Below are positions 21,926-38,132 of a stretch of 42,058 nucleotides of DNA, piece by piece. A model generated the notes under the pieces. It worked only from the letters and a program-made list of their open reading frames with translations, did not search any database and was not told where the DNA came from. The first letter of the stretch is position 1, and the number at the start of each line of letters is the position of its first letter. This stretch comes from Atractiella rhizophila (taxonomy: Eukaryota): contig MU271490.1 of the NCBI GenBank assembly GCA_021432655.1, positions 11,684 through 53,741 on the forward strand, read 5' to 3'. A program made the translations under genes and the position numbers.

Positions 21926-23313
21926 ATGGTGAGATTTTTTCTTTGATGGTCAAGAGGGAACTAGTGCGCTCTGACGCGTGTATTGTTCAGAGCAACCTGG
22001 ACAGAAGTCTCGACGACATCATCACGAGCAAGAAGAAAACCACTCGGGGACGCATCTACCGTGGTGGAGGACTCCCTCGTCGAGGTTCTGGTCGAAAAGT
22101 CTCTGCCCCTTACGACCGCAACGTTCGTGCCGTCCCTAGTCCCGTGCTCGCCAAAAGGGCCCAGGCTCCTGCCTCTGGTGGCGCTCCTTTGCCTGGAGGG
22201 AGTAAAATCATTGTCAGTGGCTTCCCACAGGATGTTCTCCGCGAGCAGATCCTCGTACGTGACTTCCTTATCCGTTTTATGAAGTGGCAAGTTTATTGGT
22301 TGGTGGCGAAGGAATTGTTTCGAGAGACCGTTGGACCCGTGGTATCCCTCATTTTGAGCTTTGACGACAAAGGAAGGTCGAGGGGTATCGCCGAAGTCGA
22401 ATTTAAGTCTTCCGAGACTGCCCAGAAGGCGTACCAACAGTTTAACGGAAGGTTGATTGATAACAGTTAGTATACTATTCTCATCCTTAGGTTTCCCTCC
22501 TATCCCCATTTGCATCGTCACACACGTCACCGGACGCGGTCTGGCCTTGTCGCTGGCTACCTTGATTGAAGGGAATAGCAAGAGCAAGGTGCATCTCAGT
22601 TGGGCTACGCGCCGCACTTGAAACAGAAGAGTCGAGAAGACCTGACGTAGTCCAGGCTGCGCAGCCTTCTAGACGATTCCTTGCTCTGCGAGGAGTCTCA
22701 GGGTTCGGACGTTCAAGCCGTTCAAGTTCGTGGCCGTAGCCCAACTCTCCATGACCACAGTCCTGCACCTGTGCGATCTTGTTCTGCTTCTCCTAGTCTA
22801 TTCTTCTATCTCCTTGGCCACTCTCGACGTCGAACCCGTTTCTGACCAATCCTATGCCTTCATCTTTGCCGTGCCCTCGATTCGCTCCGTACACTTGCTC
22901 GTCATGTCACACAATCCTCGGATCGGTTTCAACCTTTTTGTCTACTCTACTCAACTACGCCAACGATGGACAACAGAATTCAAGATGAAGGTGGAGATGG
23001 TTGTGGATCCCTCCAAAGTCCCACCCAAACCCCTCTCGACACGCTTAAATCCAGCACCCGCCGTCACTGCGCCAACGGCCGTGAGGTGAATTACTCGCTT
23101 TCAGGATCGTGGGCCTAACTGATACCTTGGCTGTCGTGGAACAGACCGACTGGAGTGGTGGGACCAAGGGGCAGGGGATTCAGGGGGAGAGGAGGGAGGA
23201 TTGGGAGGGGTGGAAGGGGAGGCGGAAGGAGAGATGGACCACCACCCACTAAGGATCAGCTCGACGTTGAGATGGATGATTGGACTGCGCAAGCACAGAC
23301 TGAAGCGAAATAA
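21926..23313 (+). CDS. YRA1: mRNA export adaptor Yra1/ALYREF (RRM)
   Basis: ATG-only first coding exon, N-terminal box SNLDRSLDDII, RRM (KIIVSGFP...SRGIAEVEF...FNGRLIDN|KFKMKVEMV), RGG tract, C-terminal box TKDQLDVEMDDW; TAA 23311-23313. Confidence 0.93.
22578..22782 (+). ncRNA. Predicted structured RNA element inside the 511-nt YRA1 intron 3
   Basis: Nested complementary arms: GCAAGA 22578-83/TCTTGT 22777-82, AGGTGCA 22587-93/TGCACCT 22764-70, AGTTGGGCTACG 22598-609/CGTAGCCCAACT 22735-46, ACTTGAA 22616-22/TTCAAGT 22721-27, plus inner hairpins at 22654-67 and 22675-97. Confidence 0.6.
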
Positions 23314-23796
23314 GGCTAGAGTGGATTGGTATGTTAGTTCCTTTCGGATTTAGAATCTGTCTAACACTAGGTTGCTTAACTTTAGTTAACCGTGGTCCTA
23401 TGCTTTTCTTATCCTCCTGCCTGTCGCAGTGTGGTATATGTTGTTATATTTGTCGGTTATGTTCTCTAAAATACAACTGGGTGCCAAAGGACAGCCATGG
23501 TGCCGTGGTTTCAATGCATATTGCTGCTCATGCACGTGCTCTAGGGATGATGAGTACTGATAGCGAATGTTTCCATGGCCATCAAAGAACCGTTATTAAG
23601 GCATTATCTCATCCCCAGGCTGTTGGAGGAAAAAAACTGAAAGGTTGATGATACTGGTTGCGCACGTGAATTTGAGCTGTTCTTGAGTGAATATCGATCA
23701 ACGGAGAACGTTTTTACTCGTTCGTTAAATACATTGGCATCTCAGAAACAATATATCGGCCATATATCATCTAGTAAACTCTCTAGATGTTATACC

Positions 23797-24572
23797 ATGA
23801 CTTGTGTCATCGCTGTTGCAGAAAGCTCATGTGCAGCTATCAGTCCAACCCAAGATGAACAAGTCTACTTTCTAGGACCATTAGGAAGTTACTCGCATCA
23901 GGTCCTGTTCCTATTTTCTCCTGACAAGCGCTTTGTTGATGATTATGCAGGCAGCAGTCAACACTTTCCCGTCATCGTCTCTCATTCCAATGCCCACCTT
24001 TCCAGCAATTTTCGAAGCTCTGGTTCAAGCTCCAAAGGGTCATGTTCACGGTGTGATACCGATCAAAAACTCATATCATGGTGCCGTAACTCAAAACATC
24101 GACTTGCTGGAACAACACCAGCATCAAATCGATGTTGAGAAAGGACCATCTCTCAAGGTCAGCCATTGTCTGCTGAGGAGGAAGTGTGGAAGAGCCACCA
24201 ATCCGACTATGATTGCGAGCCACGAACAAGTGAGTGTGTAACCCTTCCCCATTGACTTCAGCCTTAGATGGATTGTGCTCAGGCTCTTGGACAATGCAAG
24301 AATTATCTTCAGAAACACTATGCCGAGGTACGAAGGAAAGAAACCTCATCCACTTCCGAAGCTGCAAGGATCGCTACTTCTCCAGGATCAGGTGAGGTGT
24401 GGGCGATTGCTTCTGAGCTGTGTGTGGATGTCTTCGATGGATTAGAACTGGTGGATCGGGATATACAAGATGCAGAAGGTCAATTCTGTTGTTTTTTATC
24501 GAAACTTTGCATTGACTGAAGGAACTAGACAATATAACAGAATTTGTAATACTCACACCTAGGGATAGATAG
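23797..24572 (+). CDS. PHA2: Prephenate dehydratase-like protein, catalytic domain only, atypical motifs (~207 aa)
   Basis: FLGPLGSYSHQ|AA, GVIPIKNSYHGAV, HCLL, SHEQ|ALGQC, SSTSEAA, IQDAE|DNITEFVIL; TAG 24570-24572; 4 exons. Confidence 0.8.
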
Positions 24573-24659
24573 GGACTGTCACAATATAGTTACTCTAAGA
24601 TATAATTGTACAAATACAAGTATGCTTCCTTCATTTCAGATTTTGGATTCTACATGCCC

Positions 24660-26807
24660 TCAAGCGAGGGCTTCGGCAACTTCTTTCCTCCACCTCCTCT
24701 GAATATCAATACACTCTTTGTAGATTTTGTATTTAACGTCCAAGAGCTTCTTCTCCTTCTTCCCGTCTTCTCCCTTTAGACTGGGTTGAATTACCGTCCC
24801 CTTCTTTGACATCTCCTTGATAATCTTCCAATTCCTGTCGCTTGCAGCTTGTCCTCTTTCCTCAGCTTGTTCCTGTGATTTTATTTCTCCTTTTTCCAAC
24901 TCTTCTGGGTGGGCAGCCATGGCGGCGATCATGGCACTACCCAGAACGACCGATGAAGAAGAAGACGCAGGCAATTCGATCGGAACATCAATCACATCGG
25001 CCAACAGTTTCATAAGATAACTGTTCTTGACGAGTCCACCTGTATCAACTTTTAAGCCACTGAAGATTGATGAGTGGGGAAGGGAGAAACTCACCACTCA
25101 TGCAGATCACTTCGATGTTATGACCCTTCGCATTCATATCTTCTACAATGTGCCTCGTCTGGAACGCTATTGCTTCGCAAGTGGCGAAGTAACGCAGCGC
25201 GAGGTCAGAAAGTCCCTTATCGAGCGATATGCCAATCAACATTCCCCTCATAGAAGGGTCGGCGAGGGGAGAACGATTTCCTGCTTCTGCATCAACGTCA
25301 GAGCCAATGGAAGAGAACGAGCGCACCGTGAAGATCAGGGTAAATGTGATACTCCTTTGTCAGTTCAGTCAAGAACGACTTCCTTCCACTTGCTTTCTCG
25401 TTCGCCTGCAACAGACGGCCCAGCTCACCCTCAAGGACCTTATAGATGTCGGTCTGCTCAAATTTTGCGATCTCAAGCAGCTCGTTATAAGCCGGATGGG
25501 TGGTGAGCATGAAATCGAGAAGTTGACCAGTAGAGGATTGGCCGCCTTCGTTCAACCAATCTAACAAAGCGTAATTAGCTTGTATTTTGCTCAATCAAAC
25601 AATGTCATGCCTACATCCGGGAAAGATAGCGTCACGATAAGGTCCCCAGACGCCTGGGACAAAGATCGGTTTTTCATTCTGGATCAGATGGCATGTACTG
25701 GTCCCAGCAACAGCGGCAAGGAGCTTGAAGCTATTGTTCAGGGCACCTTGAATGCTCTCGAGGGAAGCAACGAAGCCGGCATAGGCATCGATCAAAGCTG
25801 AAGAGACTACAGTGCCTGGGAGCAGTCCTAGATCCTTCGCAGCATTTTCAGACAGTCCCTTACCCACAGGTTGTCCAGCCGAAAGCGTCAAAAGGGGAGT
25901 GTGTCCTTCTTGGGCTGGTACAGGGGACCCGCCTAGAGGAATGTAAGATTTCGAGATCTATCACTTGTAGCGTGAGAACACATAATGTGGACAGACGAAA
26001 AAGACAAACGAATTCCTCCAACCCAATCTTGGTAAAAAACTCATCATTCCATCCTCTGGTTCCTTTCTCACCCCACTTCTCTCCTACAAAATTGCATTTA
26101 CACCCCAAAGAGCAAAACGATCTACTCCTGTTCCCTCCAGTCGCCTTATAGGTTAACCAATCGGGGAGATCCCAAAATTCGAGCTGATCAAATATTTCCT
26201 TCGGCATGTTCCGCTTCAACCAGAGAGTCTTCGGAATCTCCATCTCGATTGAGACCGTCCCGCCGACGAATTTGAGGATGGGGTGTTTAGTACCATTGAT
26301 GATAGCAGCTTCCTCGGATGCTCGATGATCGGCCCATAAGATAATGTTCCGCGTGTACCCTGAAGCTTCCGACTGGGAGGACGAAGAACCCCATGAGCCA
26401 GGAGTGACGGAGACTGGAGAGCCGCATTCAAGCTTGCAGACTGCTAGAGAGCAAGTGGCGTCGAATCCGATGCCCTTGATGTTTTCTGGAGGAATTTTAG
26501 AGGTCCTCATCACCTCCTTGCAAGCTTTGGAGATCCGTTCCCAGACTATCAAACGAGCACTGAATTATCATGTCGAAGAAACAAGGGCGAGCTCACTCTC
26601 GTCAGTAGATTGCTCAAAGATGTTATGATCCTTTTCATCCCTCCAAGTGGTGGTATTCTGTGTTGATTCTGCGAGTATGTCTCCTGTGGAAGAAACAAGG
26701 ACCGCACGAGCTGATCCTGTCCCTCTGTGGATAATCAGCATGTTTACAGCAGGCAAATTCGAGGCTCATGCTCACACATCTACACCAATGAAATATCTGT
26801 CACTCAT
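24660..26807 (-). CDS. FGGY-family pentulose (D-ribulokinase-like) kinase
   Basis: YFIGVDVGTGSARA, GIGFDATCSL, NIILWADHRA, SIEMEIPK, DLPDWLTYKATG, LIDAYAG, AGTSTCH, VPGVWGPY, NEGGQSSTGQL, GNRSPLADP. Confidence 0.93.
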
Positions 26808-27205
26808 CCTGGCGCAGCGAGTGCGGATACTGTGTATGATTTCTAGGAGTGGAAAGATATTAGCTTGATAGATCAAGGTTATCAAGGTTAATGCTTAATA
26901 GCGTCAGGCTGAGCTACAACGCCGTCAGGCTCAGTGACGTGATCAAAATGCGATTGCAAATTGATCTAGTTTGCTTGATTTTGATTCCAGTAGTAGTATA
27001 ATTCTTGAATCTCGTTTGATCTTACAGAGACAACTGTTTTGAGCATTGTTTCAACCCTGAGGAAAGTAAGTTATCAGGACATATGAAAGCACAATATTTG
27101 CCACAATGGTGTCCCTTCAGTTTGTCGTTTCGACGTACTACTTACTAGTAGATGGTGACCTGACTTAATATAACTCTGACGGGCTTAGATCAAAATCTGG
27201 AAAGA

Positions 27206-33161
<5,956 letters not shown>

Positions 33162-33606
33162 CGTGTGTAGAATGCACCGGAACACGATACATACAATGTT
33201 AGGAGTGTTAGACACCGTCTTTTCCTGTCGCACGAAAGGTGGTAAGTGTCTTGATCAATTATCAATGACTGGAGGTCACTGCGTCTTCAGAACCAGTACA
33301 ACAGTGTTAGGTTGACGCCCTTTTTCCCCTTGTGCACATTGGGCTTGTGCAGCCAGAGTCTTGTATTGCGCATTCGTTATTTGAAGCATCGTTGCAGGCT
33401 AAATGACTTGTCAGTGCGATTCGGGATGCTCTACCATTTCATGATGTAAACAAGGAAACGATTCGATGATGTATGGATGCTTCTTCTCATTACACTATCA
33501 TGATGTTACGCTCCCTCTGAGTCTCTTTTTGTTTGCGGATCGCCTAGTATGCCCAGAGTGAACTTATTCTATTCTGTCAACAGTGACACAATTAAGAACT
33601 CATCAG

Positions 33607-34558
33607 ATGAGTCGGGAAGAAGCAGCGAATGACAAAGGGCTAGTCCGAAGTTGGTACCTCTGTTTCCAAGTCAAGGAAATCATGCTAACTCGACAAGAAA
33701 GCCTTTCATCCTCCTTACACATTCCAAGAAACCGAATGGATCCCCGAATGGATCCAAGCCACATCTTCCGCTATCGTTCTCCCACCGCCTCCTAAGATGT
33801 TTCGCATCGCATCGTGGAATGTCGACTTCCAAGGTCAAACCCAGTACATGCGCTGCAAACGCATCATCGAGTACTTGGAGCAAAGAAATTCCAAGACAGC
33901 TATAGATATCATCATACTGCAAGAAGTTGTCAGAGGATCTCACCAGGCATTAGAGGAATCCGATTGGATCAGACAGAACTGGACCCTCTCCTCTACTTCG
34001 GACAACCCTCCCCCATCGTGGTATTACACCGTCACTTTGGTCAATCGTTCGAGTAGCCTATACGACGCCCATCGCGGCGATGTTCGTGTCACGTCCAGAT
34101 ATCCGACCACCCAAACCCGCGACGCGCTCGTTTCCTCTTTCATATTCAACGAGGGCAAGGAACTAAGGGCGACAAACGTCCACCTCGAATCGCTGCCACA
34201 CGCAGAAGAAGAACGGCGTTTTCAGCTCGCTCGTTGTAAGCAACTCTTGGAAGAAGCAACTTGGGGTCTGGTGATGGGTGATTTCAACGCCGTTTGTCCG
34301 GGGGATAACGAGCTTATCGGTTCGTTGGGACTCGAAGATGGATGGGCTCAAGTTTATCCCGATAAGAGAGACGATCCGTCAGGTTTCACTTGGGGAGTTC
34401 AAAGAGAGGAAAGGTTCGCTCCTGGGCGCTTGGACCGGTTGGCCATCTTGAGGCTGAAGGCGAAAGACGTTACAGTCCTCCATTGTGGCAAGCTTGAAAG
34501 AAGCGAGCGATTGTGGTCGGACCACTGTGGTTTGTTGGCTGAGATTGAAGTGCCTTAA
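33607..34558 (+). CDS. Endonuclease/exonuclease/phosphatase family hydrolase, TDP2-like
   Basis: SWNVDF, LQEV, RDAL, HLES, MGDFN, TWG, RLDR, WSDHCGL. Short first exon from ATG 33607 with predicted intron 33650-33701 is tentative. Confidence 0.88.
33732..33755 (+). repeat. Perfect 12-bp tandem duplication CCGAATGGATCC x2
   Basis: Read directly; encodes EWIPEWIQ in the predicted N-terminal extension of the EEP hydrolase. Confidence 0.9.
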
Positions 34559-34737
34559 CCTGATTCGAAGTCTATCTTGGATATTGCGAATTTCGTCCTC
34601 CTTTAGATGTCCCTCCAGATTCAGACAGGAGTTGTACTACATAACGACAATTGTTTCTTGATTTACATCTTAGCTGTACTTTTACATTGACGTCTCCCAA
34701 CGCCTCTGCTTCGATTAGACACTCGGTTGGAGGAGCT

Positions 34738-37614
34738 TTAGAAAGAAATGAGGGAAGTCAACCCGTCCTCCTCCCTCTTCCAGTTCCTATGCTTCGCCAA
34801 CTCCTTTGCGAAGACGGAAAGAAATCCATTTCCGGTGAAAAGTTCCTTGACAGCATCGATGGCCGTGTACTTGTTGGCAGTCACCACTCCATAAGTAGAA
34901 GAGACCTTGTCGTCCCCTTCTGCCGGGTATTCTAGTTGAGGGAGTGGAAGTACATTTTTCAGAATCGTCACACCTTCACCACCAGACTTCAGAATGTAAA
35001 GCCCGTGAAATGAGATGACGCACCATCCCCCACAGCACCGACAACCTTACAATGTCCAAACGCCTCGCTGATCCAATGTCGGGCACGACCATTCTTGACT
35101 AACTTGTTGAGATCTTTACCAGGGAGGACGATGATGGCGTCAAAGAGGAAACTTCGAGCTCCTTCCAGGTAATGACCTGGAGCGATGGTAGTGCCTGAAG
35201 CAGAGGTGACGGAGCGACGGTTTGGGCCGATAGGAATAACCATGGCGCCAACCCCTTCGTATGCCGCTTTTATGCCACCATAAATCTTCTCGTCGAAACC
35301 ATCATCGATGATGACCGCAATTTTACGGGACCTAAATAGGCAAATCAGCTTGATGGCGATAGAAGGAAAAGGGCGGAATACTTGATGATCGGCTCACTAG
35401 GGATGAACTCCATCTGGCTGAGTTGAATAGTCTTCCTTCCATCGTTTGGCGTCTCCTCCTTCTCTGGAATCCTTCCTCCAACCTTTTCCGCAACCTCCCT
35501 CGCCAGTTTGTTTGAGATGTTATTGAGTTTGATCATCATCTTATCGAGCACTTGAGAGTCGTCACACTTGTCCAGTTCAAAGGAGAGAGCATTGGCAAGA
35601 TGGTTTTGTTCGACTGAAGACAGGGAGTTGTAGAACAATTGAGCTTGCTTAAAATGCTCGTTGAACTTGGGTCCTCGCATCCTAGCCTTCACTCCCTCAT
35701 TTATGCGCTCGCGATACCTTCACAAATTCCAGTGAGAAGAAGGGGACGGTTATCTAGGAATCTGGACATACTCGGGGTTGTGTTTCAGGGTTTGGGGAGG
35801 AGCAGCGTCGAATCGATTGGGGTGGTAATTCGGTGTCAGGCGTGTAGTGATACGGTGTCTCATCGCTCCATCACTTGTTAAAGTGTGTCAGTGCATCCTC
35901 TAGGTAAATTTTTAAACGAGCTAACCGGTTGATGAGATTTCTCATTGGACAAATGGGCCTATTGATCGGCAACTCCTGCCAGTTGGCTCCCAACCTGGAA
36001 AGCTGAGTGTCAAAATAGGAAAAGTTACGGCCCTCTGAACATTTTGATGAGATGATCATCAGAATCCGTTAATGACATGGAGAAGATCAGGCATACGCAA
36101 GAGAGGGTCATTCGAGAATCCGATACCAGGAACGATGTGAGAAGTGCAGAAAGCGACTTGTTCGGTTTCCGGAAAGAATTCTGCGATCCATCAGAATTCA
36201 AGAGCGAGAATACACTGACAAGAGAAGCACAAACCGTCCACACATCTGTCCAAGACCAATTCTCCAATATCGATCTTTGGCACCAAGTCCTCCGGCCAGA
36301 TCTTTGTTGCGTCCAAAATACTATGTTCAAAGCATCAACATTCAATCGACTTCTGGCAAGAGGAAGAAACCGTACTCGAAATCAAAACTATCTTCCTTCT
36401 CCTCGGGCAGAACTTGAATGGAGAACGTCCACTTCGCGGGGGCGCCGTTTAGTATCGCTTCCTCTAAATCCTTGCGATGAAAGTCTGGATCTGCGCCGCT
36501 AATCTTGATCGCTTCATCCCACACGATAGAATGTACACCGAGTTCAGGCGTGAAGTGGAACTTGACAAAATGACGCTTCCCCTCGGCATTGAGCAGAGTA
36601 TACGTGTTCACCCCGAACTAAATAACCATGGAAACATCATGTTTCGTTATCACGGAGTGGAGAAAATGGAGACGTACACCTTGCATCATTCGATAAGATC
36701 TTGGCACAGCTCTATCCGACATCACCCACATCAACATGTGCGAAGTTTCGGGTTGGAGGGAGATGAAGTCGTAAAAAGAGTTGTGAGCGGATTGGCCTTG
36801 AGGAACTTCATTGTGAGGCTCTGGTTTGACGGCATGAACGATGTCGGGGAACTACTCCACAAGAAAAACAAGTTTAGTAAATTGAATATCCCTGAAAAGG
36901 CTGCAGTAACTCACCTTGATTGCGTCTTGGATGAAGAAAACGGGAATGTTGTTGCCTACGATATCCCAATTACTGGAGAACGATACAGGTTCAGCTTTGC
37001 TATCATCAATTGCAATTGAGTGAGCTCTCACCCTTCATCAGTATAAAGTTTAACCGCAAAGCCTCTCACATCCCTGACGGTATCCGCGCTGCCCTTGCTC
37101 CCTTGGACAGTTGAAAAGCGTACGAAAACTGGTGTCGTCTTCGAGGTATCATTGAGTACTTTGGCGAAGCTGTATTCAGGAATGGGGCGATGTAGCTTGA
37201 AGTATCCATGCGCTCCAGTTCCTACTCGACGAGTTGTCAGCTTCAAGCTGCCGGGTGAGGAAGGTCAAACGAATGCAGGCTGACCTCTAGCATGTACTAC
37301 TCGTTCGGGAATACGTTCGTGGTCAAACCGCATGATCTTCTCCCGCGCAACTTGGTCCTCCAATAGAGCTGGACCCACGGAGTTGCCGGAAGAGACTTTG
37401 AGCCACGTATCCGTATCGATAATTGGCGCGCCTGTTTTTCGGACGCCGCAAGCATAAGACGCGTGGTTTAGAGGAATAGGGACAACAAACCAGCGTCCGT
37501 AGTCATTACTCCTTTCCCTCGAAACTCGTTTGGATCCCACATTTCCCTCTTCAGATCCTTGACTTTTGCACTGTCCATGACTGCGTCTTTGATTGCTGTG
37601 CCAATGGAAGCCAT
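34738..37614 (-). CDS. Large-subunit (clade 2) heme catalase with C-terminal DJ-1/GATase-like domain
   Basis: [65 protein letters not shown] (heme-ligand Tyr), C-terminal FDAIIVLPG and EAFGHCK...KHRNWKRE. Confidence 0.97.
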
Positions 37615-37691
37615 CTCGATGTTTTTCCTGAAGGTGAAAGCAGGAAACGAAACGAAGGGCTTCGCCTTTATGCAGGAGAGCAGTCTGCATT

Positions 37692-37707
37692 TGACGTCTT
37701 GTGACGC
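37692..37707. promoter_or_regulatory. Tandem CRE-like sites (TGACGT, TGACGC) upstream of catalase
   Basis: Two TGACG cores 10 bp apart, about 80-90 bp before the catalase ATG. ATF/CREB factors are known regulators of fungal catalases, but short motifs can arise by chance. Confidence 0.3.
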
Positions 37708-38132
37708 AAGCTAGATTCTGTGATATTCTGCGTTCGAATCCGATGATCGCGACCCATCAGAAGCGCTGGATTGTCATGAGCTTGCAGATCGCAGCGCTTG
37801 AGCTCATTACAGACATTTCCATTTGCTTAATAACATGCTCAGAATAATTCAGCCGTGGACTTCGCAGCTTGGATCCTTGAACGTCGCTGGTTGCCATCTT
37901 CGTGACTTGGCGCAAGATTGACAGTAGAGCGTGGGCGCTGCCCAGAAATGATCGAATGTGACGTCGACAATTGCCAACTGCACTTCTACCACTCTCCGCC
38001 TGCATCGCCACAGTACCCGCACGAACAGGCTCTTTGTCCCGCCAGCACTTCCACAGACATTAAACGCCGAATCAAACCATTTTCTAGAATCGATACCAAA
38101 GCGATCTATAACAAAAGGGATCTCTTCACAAT

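Noticed and set aside
23548..23640. C/D-box snoRNA (ATGATGA ... CTGA)
   Set aside because: No terminal stem and no recognisable rRNA-complementary guide.
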